From positions 21,215 to 85,214 of the forward strand of contig QHVH01000023.1 of assembly GCA_003222245.1 (NCBI GenBank): 64,000 bases of DNA, read 5' to 3'. The translations under genes and the position numbers were made by a program. Source of the stretch: Blastocatellia bacterium AA13 (GTDB taxonomy: Bacteria > Acidobacteriota > Blastocatellia > UBA7656). This document shows, piece after piece, positions 38,598-48,060 of the stretch. The notes under the pieces are model-generated. The model did no database searches and was not told where the DNA came from. It worked only from the letters and a program-made list of their open reading frames with translations. Each line of letters opens with the position of its first letter. Within the stretch, counting starts at the first letter, position 1.

Positions 38598-39236
38598 CTA
38601 GACGTGAACGCGACTTCGATCGCGCGCAGCCTCGGCCATGAACGCATCCAGCTTTGCGATATCTTTCTTGCCAGGCTCGGACTCTACGCCGCTGCAAACA
38701 TCGACAGCCATCGGCGCGACCGCTTCAATTGCGCGCCTGACATTTTCGATTGCAATTCCGCCGGCCAGGATGATCGGAGCAAACTGCTTCGCTTCAAGAG
38801 CGACCTTCCAGTCGAAGCGCTCACCGGTACCGCCGTATTGTCCCTTGACGCTCGAGTCGAGCAGGATCGCGCTAACGGAATAGCGCACAATCGATGACGG
38901 ATCGAAGCCGTTGCCGACCCGAATCGCCTTGATGACTTTGACGCCTTCCAGTGCGATACACATTTCCGGCGGTTCATCCCCGTGCAACTGCACCGTGTTT
39001 ATGCCGGTTTCCGCTATGGTCTCTCTGATGTTATCCAGGGTCTCGTTAACAAACACGCCGACTGTGGTTATGAAAGGCGGCAATTCTCTGATAATAGATT
39101 TTGCGTTCGCCGGAGTGATGAACCTGGAGCTTCGCTGCCAAAAATTAAAGCCCAGCGCATCGGCTCCAAGCTCGGCCGCTCGCAGCGCTTCTTGCGGATG
39201 ACCAATACCACAAATTTTGATACGGACTCGACTCAT
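38598..39236 (-). CDS. trpF: Phosphoribosylanthranilate isomerase
   Basis: 212 aa; VRIKICGI...GADALGFNF...QLHGDE. Confidence 0.85.
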   Translation of the reverse strand: MSRVRIKICGIGHPQEALRAAELGADALGFNFWQRSSRFITPANAKSIIRELPPFITTVGVFVNETLDNIRETIAETGINTVQLHGDEPPEMCIALEGVKVIKAIRVGNGFDPSSIVRYSVSAILLDSSVKGQYGGTGERFDWKVALEAKQFAPIILAGGIAIENVRRAIEAVAPMAVDVCSGVESEPGKKDIAKLDAFMAEAARDRSRVHV

Positions 39237-40050
39237 CTCGATTCACTCGCTTCCGCAAGCAGAGCTCTCAAAGCCTCGCCCGGATCTGGAGCGCGCATCA
39301 AATGCTCTCCAATGAGAAACGCGCGAAAACCTGAGAATCTGAGCCTTCGAATATCACTTGCCCGCTCGATACCGCTTTCGGTGACCAGGATCGTATCGGC
39401 GGGCGCCAGCGTAGCGAGGCGTTCGGAGGTTTCAAGAGCGACGTCGAACGTTCTGAGGTCGCGATTGTTAACTCCAATGATCGCTGCTCCCGCCTCGACG
39501 GCTCGCCTCATCTCGTTATCATCGTGCACCTCTACGAGGGCATCCAGTCCGCGTTCACTAGCAAGCTGGATCAGGCCTCGGAGGAGACTATCGTCCAGAA
39601 TCGCCGTTATCAACAGGACGGCATCGGCTCCCGCCTGAACCGCTTCAAGAATCTGATACTCATCGAAGATGAAGTCCTTTCGCAAAAGCGGAACCGGTAC
39701 AGTCCCGCGGATCTTCGTCAAATATTCGAGTGAGCCGTCAAAGAAGTCTTCTTCGGTTAGAACCGAGATAGCGGTCGCGCCTCCATTTGCGTATGACTCG
39801 GCGATCGCCGTCGGATCAAAGTTCTCGCGGATCACACCCTTCGACGGAGACCTCCGCTTTATCTCGGCGATCACATTGATCCCATCTCTAGTAAGCGCCT
39901 CGGAGAATCTCGTTCGACTGGAATCGCGTGTTGCCGAGGCCAATGTCCCTATCGGATGAATCTCGCGCGCGGCGCGCAATCTACTTGCCTTAGCCTCGAC
40001 GATGCGGTCGAGAATGCCCCCGCTCGACAAGACTCCGGCTGGCGCTGAGA
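39233..40050 (-). CDS. trpC: Indole-3-glycerol phosphate synthase
   Basis: Start is MQSISAPAGVL at 40050; the track ORF runs further upstream but overlaps trpG. Motifs: IAEIKRRSPSKG, LRKDFIFDEYQI, GVNNRDLRTF. Confidence 0.85.
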
Positions 40051-40059
40051 TTGATTGCA

Positions 40060-40623
40060 TTAGAGACTCAAGAAATTGTTGACGAGCTTCTTGCCATGCT
40101 CGGTCACTATGGATTCGGGGTGAAACTGGACGCCTTCGAGCAGGAATTCGCGATGCCGCACGCCCATTATCAATCCATCGGGAGCTGTAGCCGATACCTC
40201 CAGACAATCCGGCAACGTCTGCTTCTCCACAATCAGCGAGTGATAACGCGTGGCCTTGAACCTGTAGGGCAGCCCCTTAAAAATCGACCGCGAATCATGA
40301 CAAATCTCGGTGGTCTTGCCGTGCATCAAATACGGCGCGCGAATCACGCTGCCGCCAAAGGCCACTCCGATAGCTTGATGTCCGAGGCATACGCCAAGTA
40401 TCGGAATCTTCCCGCCGAGCTCGCGAACTATCGGTATGCTGACGCCGGCTGCTTCCGGTATTCCCGGTCCGGGAGAGATCACGATGTGATCGGGCTTGAG
40501 AGCTTCGATCTCCTCGATCGTAATTTGATTGTTGCGCCGGACCTCTACGTCCTTGCCCAGCTCTCCGATGTACTGGACGAGATTAAACGTAAAGGAATCG
40601 TAGTTGTCTATTACGAGCACCAT
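40060..40623 (-). CDS. trpG: Anthranilate synthase component II (glutamine amidotransferase)
   Basis: 187 aa; MVLVIDNYDSFTFNL...GVCLGHQAIG...FHPES. Confidence 0.85.
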   Translation of the reverse strand: MVLVIDNYDSFTFNLVQYIGELGKDVEVRRNNQITIEEIEALKPDHIVISPGPGIPEAAGVSIPIVRELGGKIPILGVCLGHQAIGVAFGGSVIRAPYLMHGKTTEICHDSRSIFKGLPYRFKATRYHSLIVEKQTLPDCLEVSATAPDGLIMGVRHREFLLEGVQFHPESIVTEHGKKLVNNFLSL

Positions 40624-41778
40624 TTATTGAACGGTTACTTTCTTTATCTCGACGCGCTGCTTCGGCTTGTCGCCCTCGACTTCGGCGCCGGCAATCTTGT
40701 CCAACACATCCAGGCCGTCGGCTACCCTGGCAAATGGCACATGCTTTCCGTCCAGAGCGGGGTTGTCCTGTGCCAGGATAAAGAAGAACTGGAGCGTCGA
40801 ATCATCGACTCGCCTGAGCGAAACGGTTCCGCGAACCTGCTTCGTATCGCTCTTTTCGGCCGCCACAGGCCATATTGAATGCGTGCGCTTGCGATTCGGA
40901 CTGTCTTGAGGCCACTCCGCCGCATTGCCCGCCTCGAGAAAATATTTCTGAGACACTCGGAAAAACGTCGTCCCGTCATAGAAACCCGATCTCGCGTACC
41001 GCAAGAATGAACGAGCCGCGTCGGGAGCAGCGTCCGGCATCAATTGCAGTTTCAGATCGCCGAGCGAAGTTTCAATCACCACGCTCATTATTTTCATTTG
41101 CTCGACGGTGGGTGTTTTCTCACGCAGTGAGATCTTTTTTATCTCTATTCGATCATTCGCAATCTTGAGATCATTGACGGGTGTCTCTGAGATCTTCATC
41201 GCGATATCCATCCCCTCGAGCACGCGACCGAAGACGGTAAACTTTGAATCAAGACTCGCCTGGGCCGAGCCCGCGTTCAGGACGATAAAGAACTGCGAGC
41301 CTGAACTGCCGGGTTTAACATCGGTCGATCCGGCCTTCTCGGCTTGCAGCACCGCGGAAACCGCGCCAGGAATGTGCTTGTTCTTATTGATCTCATCTGG
41401 AATCCCGGCATTCAGTCCGCCGGTTCCAATCTGCGCGCGTCCTTTTGCAGGCTGTGTCTTTGCGAGGGGATCGCCGCCCTGAATGAGGCCGTATTTCACC
41501 AGCCTGAAGAACGTCGTTCCGTCATACGCCCCTGCCTTTATCTGATTGACGAAATACTCGACATGGCGCGGCGCATCTTTCGGAAACAACTCGATAACAA
41601 TCGTTCCGAGACTCGTCTCAATGACCGCTTCGCTATTCTCTAAGTTTTCTACCGGGGATCGATGAGGCAATTCTCCGGCGGCTCCGCGCATTCCGCCCGA
41701 GGCCATGCAGAGACCGATCGCGAGGACGCAACCGGAAAGTCTGAGATTCTTTCTGCTCATCGGGACGTTCTCCCGCAA
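40624..41778 (-). CDS. Secreted tandem cyclophilin-type peptidyl-prolyl cis-trans isomerase
   Basis: Signal peptide followed by two cyclophilin domains (...GAYDGTTFFRLV...GSQFFIVL...; second copy ...GFYDGTTFFRVS...LQFFFIL...). Sits between trpE and trpG. Confidence 0.8.
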   Translation of the reverse strand: MRENVPMSRKNLRLSGCVLAIGLCMASGGMRGAAGELPHRSPVENLENSEAVIETSLGTIVIELFPKDAPRHVEYFVNQIKAGAYDGTTFFRLVKYGLIQGGDPLAKTQPAKGRAQIGTGGLNAGIPDEINKNKHIPGAVSAVLQAEKAGSTDVKPGSSGSQFFIVLNAGSAQASLDSKFTVFGRVLEGMDIAMKISETPVNDLKIANDRIEIKKISLREKTPTVEQMKIMSVVIETSLGDLKLQLMPDAAPDAARSFLRYARSGFYDGTTFFRVSQKYFLEAGNAAEWPQDSPNRKRTHSIWPVAAEKSDTKQVRGTVSLRRVDDSTLQFFFILAQDNPALDGKHVPFARVADGLDVLDKIAGAEVEGDKPKQRVEIKKVTVQ

Positions 41779-41782
41779 CAGT

Positions 41783-43270
41783 CTAGACTGCGCCTTCGGC
41801 CATCTCGATCGCCTGAAGCATAGCTCTGGCCTTGTTCACGGTTTCGATGTACTCGGCTTCGGGAACCGAGTCCGCGACGATGCCGGCTCCCGCCTGAATA
41901 TACGCGCGCCCATCTTTCACGACAATAGTTCGAATGGCTATGCACGAATCGAGATTTCCGGAATAGTCCATATAAAGAGCCGCGCCCGCGTAGACGCCGC
42001 GCCGAGTCGACTCGAGCTCGTCGATGATTTCCATAGCCCGTATCTTCGGAGCGCCGCTGACTGTTCCGGCCGGGAAACAGGCTGCCAGAGCATCGAATCG
42101 ATCGAAGCCGCGTCGCAGTCGAGCCTTTATGGCCGACACAAGATGCATCACGTGCGAGTAGCGCTCTATGACCATCAGTTCGTTGACCTCGACCGAGCCA
42201 TAGTCCGCCACGCGGCCCAGGTCGTTGCGGCCCAGGTCCACGAGCATTATGTGCTCGGCGGTCTCTTTCTCATCCGCAAGCATTTCCTGCCCGAGCAGCG
42301 CATCTTCGGTCTCCGTAGCGCCGCGCGGCCGAGTTCCGGCGATGGGGCGATACTCCAGCCGCCTGCCGGTCGCCTTCACCAGCATCTCGGGAGACGCGCC
42401 GATAATCGAGCTGTCGTCGAGCTTGAGGTGGAACATGTAGGGCGATGGATTGACGACCCGCAACGCCCTGTACACTTCGAACGGATGCGCTTTTAGCGAC
42501 GTATCGAACCTCTGAGAGAGAACTACCTGAAAAATGTCGCCGGCAGCTATATATTCCTTCGCGGCGACGACGGCCTTCTCGTATTCCTCCTTCGTCATGT
42601 TCGACCGCAGGGGTGAACCGGCTCGCTCCGAAGGCGTCGCTAGCGGAGGAGTTGGATCCTCCAGCCGCGCTTCCATCGCTTCAATATCGTCAATCGCCTG
42701 CTTGTACTCATACTCCAGACCCGACGTTCTGCCTCCGGTAAACACGTTGGCTATCAGGTGAACCTGGTGTCGAACGTGATCAAATGCAAGGAGGCGCGAG
42801 AAGAACATCATTACCGCATCGTCCATCCCGACAGTGTCGGGATTTTTGTCCGGGACCTTTTCGAACCAGCGAACGGCGTCGTATCCGAGATAGCCGACCG
42901 CGCCGCCGATAAAAGGCGCCATTTCCGGGAGCCGAACCGGAACGTGCTTGCCCATGAGATGCCGCATCATTTCGAGCAAGGGTTGATCGACTACCTCTTC
43001 ACCGCTCTTTGTTTTGAGTATGACTTTTCCGCCGCGCGCTCGAAGGACAAGATGTGGGTCGTAACCGAGGAAGGAGTAGCGGGCTACCTTTTCGCCTCCT
43101 TCGACCGACTCGAGCAAAAAAGAGTAGGGACTGGCGTGTTCGATCCTCAGGTAAGCGGCGACCGGAGTAAGCAGATCCGCCATCACTCGCTTTATTACGG
43201 GGATGACCGTCCCTTCCGCGGCAAGCTTCTCAAACTCGGAATAGCTTCGAGGCGTTAATGAGTTAATCAT
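41783..43270 (-). CDS. trpE: Anthranilate synthase component I
   Basis: 495 aa; chorismate-binding domain with GAGIVADSVPEAEY near the C-terminus. Confidence 0.9.
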   Translation of the reverse strand: MINSLTPRSYSEFEKLAAEGTVIPVIKRVMADLLTPVAAYLRIEHASPYSFLLESVEGGEKVARYSFLGYDPHLVLRARGGKVILKTKSGEEVVDQPLLEMMRHLMGKHVPVRLPEMAPFIGGAVGYLGYDAVRWFEKVPDKNPDTVGMDDAVMMFFSRLLAFDHVRHQVHLIANVFTGGRTSGLEYEYKQAIDDIEAMEARLEDPTPPLATPSERAGSPLRSNMTKEEYEKAVVAAKEYIAAGDIFQVVLSQRFDTSLKAHPFEVYRALRVVNPSPYMFHLKLDDSSIIGASPEMLVKATGRRLEYRPIAGTRPRGATETEDALLGQEMLADEKETAEHIMLVDLGRNDLGRVADYGSVEVNELMVIERYSHVMHLVSAIKARLRRGFDRFDALAACFPAGTVSGAPKIRAMEIIDELESTRRGVYAGAALYMDYSGNLDSCIAIRTIVVKDGRAYIQAGAGIVADSVPEAEYIETVNKARAMLQAIEMAEGAV

Positions 43271-43665
43271 TTCAGAGTTTTGCTTCGCGCTTTATCCTTT
43301 GAAGCGCCTCTTGCCGCGGCGGATCTCCGGACTCTCAACTCCGCCGTGATCTCGTCGAGAGTGAGTCCGCGTTCAACCAGAAGGACGAGCAGATGATAAA
43401 GAAGATCAGCGGTTTCCGAAGCAATGCGGTCTGGTGAGTGGTTCTTGGCCGCGATAATAACTTCGCCTGATTCCTCCGCTACTTTTTTGAGGATTTTATC
43501 GAGGCCGCTTTCGAAGAGATAGGTAGTGTAAGAACCCTCCGGCAGGTTCTCTTTACGCTCCGAGATTACGCTGTAAAGCTCCTCGAGCACATTGCCAAGC
43601 TCGCCATAAGCCGCGCCCGCCGATCGTCCCGAGGAGACCGCCCTCTTTCCCGCAACATCCGTCAT
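43267..43665 (-). CDS. hisE: Phosphoribosyl-ATP pyrophosphatase
   Basis: 132 aa; SYTTYLFESGLDKILKKVAEESGEVIIAAKN...LLYHLLVLL. Its stop overlaps the trpE start by 4 nt. Confidence 0.8.
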   Translation of the reverse strand: MTDVAGKRAVSSGRSAGAAYGELGNVLEELYSVISERKENLPEGSYTTYLFESGLDKILKKVAEESGEVIIAAKNHSPDRIASETADLLYHLLVLLVERGLTLDEITAELRVRRSAAARGASKDKARSKTLK

Positions 43666-43831
43666 AGAAGCCCTTCCCTTACATCAGTGCGCAAAACAGC
43701 GAGTAATGCTAGCACTCGCTAATCGTCCTTACAAACGGCGGTATCCGGTATCAGCGGCAAAAGATTTAAGCGCCCTCTCACTCATACTCACACTGCGCGG
43801 TGACAATCTTCTTCCAATTCAAGAAAAAGCC

Positions 43832-43882
43832 GTCAAAAAAAGAGCCTTCCGGGGCGAGTCGCGGATTCCGAGACCCGCCCGG
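43832..43882 (-). terminator. Putative rho-independent terminator of bfr (imperfect GC-rich stem + U7)
   Basis: Minus-strand reading CCGGGCGGGTCTCGGAATCCGCGACTCGCCCCGG-aaggctc-TTTTTTT, lying 65-115 nt downstream of the bfr stop. Confidence 0.45.
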
Positions 43883-43946
43883 TATGGCCGCTTCTTAACC
43901 GAGTCGATTTCTGTATATCTTGATTATCTTCGCAGGACTGTTTTGG

Positions 43947-44486
43947 CTAGGTACCCATCCCTTGTAACAGACTCACCAGATCCTCGGCGTGCTCTTCTTC
44001 AACGGCGAGAATGCCTTCGAGCATGCGCCGCGTTGTAGGATCGTCGTTATGTAGATAAACGATCATCTCACGATAGCTGTCGATTGCGATCCTTTCAGCT
44101 ATCAGATCTTCCTTGATCATATCGATAAGCGAGTCGCCTTCGACATACTCGGCATGGCTTCGGGATGAGAGTCCTTCAGGAGAAAAGTTCGGCTCGCCTC
44201 CGAGCTGAACGATTCGTTGAGCGATCTGATCGGCGTGACCCTGTTCTTCGTTGGCGTGTTGCAGGAATTCATCCGCGACACTCTGAGCGTTTATCCCTGA
44301 GGCCATGAAATAGTGCCGTTTGTAGCGCAGAACGCAGATTATTTCGGTTGCAAGCGCCTCGTTCAGAATTTTGAGGACGGTAGCGCGGTCGGCGGCATAG
44401 CCTTCGGTGACCGCTCCGTGTTCAATGTGTTTCCTCGCTCTTTCACGAAGCGTCTGTATGTCGGACAAGAATGGTTTGCTTGACAT
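43947..44486 (-). CDS. bfr: Bacterioferritin / ferritin-like protein
   Basis: 179 aa four-helix ferritin-like pattern (EALATEIICVLRYKRHYFM...EEQGHADQIAQRI...EEEHAEDL). Confidence 0.8.
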   Translation of the reverse strand: MSSKPFLSDIQTLRERARKHIEHGAVTEGYAADRATVLKILNEALATEIICVLRYKRHYFMASGINAQSVADEFLQHANEEQGHADQIAQRIVQLGGEPNFSPEGLSSRSHAEYVEGDSLIDMIKEDLIAERIAIDSYREMIVYLHNDDPTTRRMLEGILAVEEEHAEDLVSLLQGMGT

Positions 44487-44790
44487 GTTACGGACCTACC
44501 TCCGGATAGTTTTTATTGCAGCGCGTTTATTCAAATCCTACGGCGTCCGCTCAATGGTAACTCGGCAGGCTTGAAGAGGTCGAGCAAATGCAGGATGTCT
44601 AACTGACTCGCAGGATGGAAATGCCTGCTGCCTGCCTGAACTCGTTCGCCGCGCCGCGCCGTGGATTGGCCCGATTAGATTTATTTCAAATCGATAGAAG
44701 GTAACAGAAGAATAGGAAATTGTTTTGCGCCGCCCCGTGAGTTTGACCGCCCCTTCGCGGCCAAACCAGGAGATGCAAAGCGCCGAGATA

Positions 44791-45972
44791 CTAACCGTTG
44801 AATGCCGGTATTCCGGTTATGTGATTCCCGATTATCAGCATGTGCATTTCGTTGGTGCCTTCGTAGGTGTATACCGATTCGAGATTGCACATATGACGCA
44901 TTATCGGATACTCGGCCATGATGCCGTTCGCGCCCAGCACGCTTCGAGCAGTGCGCGCGCATTCAAGGGCCATCTTCACATTGTTCATCTTCGCCATCGA
45001 GACGTGAACAGGATCGTAGTCGCCTTCATCCTTCATGCGGCCCACCCTCATGCATATCAATTGAGCCTTGCTTATCTCGGTAAGCATTCCGGCGAGTTTT
45101 TCCTGGGTCAGTTGGAACGATGCGATCGGTTTTCCGAATTGAATTCTCTCCTTGGCGTAATCGACGGCGGTCTTGTAGCAGGACATCGCCGCCCCCAGAG
45201 CTCCCCACGCAATACCGTAGCGCGCCTGCGTAAGGCACATCAGCGGGCTCTTGATACCGCCGCTCTCCGGCAGGACATTCTCTTCGGGTATGAGACAGTC
45301 CTGGAAGAAGAGCTCCGACGTGATCGAAGCTCGCAGGCTCATCTTGTGCTTGACCTCCCGTGCGATGAACCCCTTGGTTCCCTTCTCTACTAAAAAACCC
45401 CTGATCCTCTCGCCGTCCGCCTTTGCCCACACGATCGCGATATCCGCGACGCTGCCGCTGGTTATCCAGGCCTTCGATCCATTCAGCAGCCATCCGTCTT
45501 TGACTCTATCCGCTCGCGTGCTCATTCCAGCGGGGTTCGAGCCGAAGCTCGGCTCCGTGAGTCCGAAGCATCCGAGCGCTTTTCCCGCCGCCATCGGAGG
45601 AAGCCACTTCTTACGTTGTTCTTCGCTGCCGAATTTATATATCGGATACATGCACAGCGCGCCTTGCACGGAAGCGAAGCTGCGGATCCCGGAATCGCCC
45701 GCCTCCAGCTCCTGCATCACGAGTCCATAGCCGACGTTGTTCATTCCGGCGCAGCCGTATTTCTCGGGAAGATTAGCGCCCAGCACGCCAAGCTCCGCCA
45801 GCTTTGGTATCAGCTCGGTTGGAAACCTTCCCGCCTCGTAACACTCCGCGATTATGGGATTGATTTCCTTTTCGACGAAGGATCGAACCGATTGTCTTAC
45901 CAGCCTCTCTTCGTCTGAAAGCAATGAATCCAGCTTAAAGAAGTCGACGTCAGCCGTGCTGCTGTTAGCCAT
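44791..45972 (-). CDS. gcdH: Acyl-CoA dehydrogenase (glutaryl-CoA dehydrogenase-like)
   Basis: 393 aa; GCFGLTEPSFGSNPAGM...YEGTNEMHMLIIG (ACAD signatures). Confidence 0.85.
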   Translation of the reverse strand: MANSSTADVDFFKLDSLLSDEERLVRQSVRSFVEKEINPIIAECYEAGRFPTELIPKLAELGVLGANLPEKYGCAGMNNVGYGLVMQELEAGDSGIRSFASVQGALCMYPIYKFGSEEQRKKWLPPMAAGKALGCFGLTEPSFGSNPAGMSTRADRVKDGWLLNGSKAWITSGSVADIAIVWAKADGERIRGFLVEKGTKGFIAREVKHKMSLRASITSELFFQDCLIPEENVLPESGGIKSPLMCLTQARYGIAWGALGAAMSCYKTAVDYAKERIQFGKPIASFQLTQEKLAGMLTEISKAQLICMRVGRMKDEGDYDPVHVSMAKMNNVKMALECARTARSVLGANGIMAEYPIMRHMCNLESVYTYEGTNEMHMLIIGNHITGIPAFNG

Positions 45973-46076
45973 TATTCACCTCGTGTGCTCTACAGTTCGT
46001 GGAGCGACTCACGCTCGGCAGCTTCAAAACCATGCCGAGTCGATTCGCTCAAATAGACTCAATCGTCACAAGCTCT

Positions 46077-46817
46077 TCAGCCGCCGTTCAGCGTCTGAAT
46101 TATCTGAGCGATGATTGCGACCCCGATCTCTTGCGGAGACCGGGCGCCGATAGACAATCCAATTGGCGCGTGCACCCGCTCCAGCAACGAGCGGTCGATT
46201 CCCGCTCCGGTCAACCTATCGAATACGCCTATCACGCGTCTCCTGCTGCCGATCATTCCGATGTAAGCCGCGGGCGACGGAGCCGCCAGCCTTAGGCAGA
46301 CCTCGTCGTACTGGTGACCTCGAGTAACAATCACAATCGCCGTACTGCCGGAGATGTTCACGTGTTCGAGCGCCTGCTCGAACGGAGCCACGACGATTTT
46401 GATCCGTTCATCCGGCAGCTTGTCCCGCCGCGCGAAGAATTCCCGATCGTCGAACACTGTTACATCATAGCCGAGCATAGCCCCAAGCATCGCGACGGCG
46501 CGGCCCACGTGTCCCGCGCCGTATACGATAATCGAGGGTTTCGGCCGTATCAGCTCGAGGGCGGCTTTTCTCAAGCTGCCATCCGTCCACGTTATCTCCG
46601 CGATAATCGTGGGACGACGCCGCTCGGTCATTTCATGCGCGAGATCAAGAAGCTGTTTGAACGTGGGGGACTCGACGCACTGAGATTGAGCGCTCGCATC
46701 CAACGGGAGGACGAGCTTATCAAGTTTTCCGGAGCCGTCGAAGGCGCTCGCGATAAGCACGCGCTCGTTCGACCTGGAATACTCGACTATCTCACTGAGC
46801 AGTTCGGCGGAGCCCAC
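46077..46817 (-). CDS. xdhC: XdhC/CoxI-family molybdoenzyme maturation protein
   Basis: 246 aa; Rossmann-like IVYGAGHVGRAVAMLGAMLGYDVTVFDDR. Confidence 0.75.
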   Translation of the reverse strand: MGSAELLSEIVEYSRSNERVLIASAFDGSGKLDKLVLPLDASAQSQCVESPTFKQLLDLAHEMTERRRPTIIAEITWTDGSLRKAALELIRPKPSIIVYGAGHVGRAVAMLGAMLGYDVTVFDDREFFARRDKLPDERIKIVVAPFEQALEHVNISGSTAIVIVTRGHQYDEVCLRLAAPSPAAYIGMIGSRRRVIGVFDRLTGAGIDRSLLERVHAPIGLSIGARSPQEIGVAIIAQIIQTLNGG

Positions 46818-46831
46818 GCAGCCTCCAAAGC

Positions 46832-47962
46832 TTAACGAGCCGGCTTATCAAAAAAGAAGGCCGAGTTCACTAATCGCGCGCCCTTTTCATCGCAGACCGC
46901 GTAACGCGCGCCCGCATAGCGGTCAATTCGCCAGGCGCTGCTCCACAGCGAGGCGCTTCCGTGCTCGCCCTTCTTGTTCAGCGCGTAAAAGATCATATTG
47001 AACTTCATCAACTTTTCTTCGTTGCCGCCGTAGTTCGCCGCCACTCGCTTGCAGGCTTCAAGGCATGCATCGGTCGGCGACGCCCCTCGTCTCATCATCT
47101 CGACGATCGTATGGCCGCCGGCGATTCTTATGTTCTCCTCGCCGCGCCCTGTCGAACCCGAGCCTCCAACCGAGTTGTCGACAAAGAGCCCCGAGCCGAT
47201 AAGCGGCGAGTCTCCGACGCGGCCGGCTAGCTTCCAGGCGAGTCCGCTCGTGGTCGTGGAGCCGGAGAGGTCGCCTCGCTCGTTAATCGCCAGACAGTTG
47301 AGCGTACCAGTCGGCCGATGTCGCAGGACTCCGACGACCCAATCGCTCAGGTCGCCGCGCTTCATTTCTTCGAGCATCCCCCGAACTTTTTTCTCCTCTT
47401 CTTTTTCCTTATCGGGAGTGGAGAGGCCCGGACCCCAGCTATCCTTGTCGCTCATCGTTTCTTTCCAGGCGAGCCAAGCCATTCGGGATTTCTCGGTTAG
47501 AAGATTCTCACGCTTGAACCCATGAGCCAACGCGAACCGCAGCGCGCCCTCGCCTACCAACATCACGTGGTCGGTTCGCTTCATAACCTGATAGGCCACG
47601 GCCGCGGGGTTCTTAACGTCGCGTAATCCTCCAACGGCTCCGCAGCGAGCGCTGGGTCCGTGCATCACCGAAGCATCGAGCTCGACAACGCCGTCCTCAT
47701 TGGGCAACCCACCGTACCCGACACTGTTGTCTTCAGGATCATCCTCCACAATCGCAACGCCGGAGACGATCGCCTCAAGTGTATCCATTCCGGCCTTGAT
47801 CTTGTTATAAGCGCTCTCGACCGCTCGAAGCCCGTTAGCGCTCGAGATCACAACCGGAACCGGGTCCGCCGCGCGGACCGACTTAAGCCCGACGATTGCG
47901 GGCGCGGCAAGCCCCGCGACCGCGCTTCCCTTAACAAACTGACGCCTTGATATTCCTGACAC
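46832..47962 (-). CDS. Asparaginase-2 family Ntn-hydrolase (isoaspartyl peptidase / glycosylasparaginase), Tat-secreted
   Basis: Twin-arginine signal SRRQFVKGSAVAGLAAP. The Ntn autoproteolysis region is GTLNCLAINERGDLSGSTTTSGL, and GSGLFVDN is also present. Confidence 0.75.
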   Translation of the reverse strand: MSGISRRQFVKGSAVAGLAAPAIVGLKSVRAADPVPVVISSANGLRAVESAYNKIKAGMDTLEAIVSGVAIVEDDPEDNSVGYGGLPNEDGVVELDASVMHGPSARCGAVGGLRDVKNPAAVAYQVMKRTDHVMLVGEGALRFALAHGFKRENLLTEKSRMAWLAWKETMSDKDSWGPGLSTPDKEKEEEKKVRGMLEEMKRGDLSDWVVGVLRHRPTGTLNCLAINERGDLSGSTTTSGLAWKLAGRVGDSPLIGSGLFVDNSVGGSGSTGRGEENIRIAGGHTIVEMMRRGASPTDACLEACKRVAANYGGNEEKLMKFNMIFYALNKKGEHGSASLWSSAWRIDRYAGARYAVCDEKGARLVNSAFFFDKPAR

Positions 47963-48060
47963 TCTCCACCTCCCAGCGTTCTTCCGATGAGAGCTTGCCC
48001 AAGTTTAGTAAGCTGCTCGCTTCCATCACATCGTTCCAGGCGCGCACGGTATCACCACAA

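Noticed and set aside
43700-43730. 7-bp inverted repeat AGCGAGT-N9-ACTCGCT upstream of hisE; considered as a trp attenuator or T-box leader
   Set aside because: No leader peptide with tandem Trp codons or T-box specifier/antiterminator features could be seen. The arms are too short to call.
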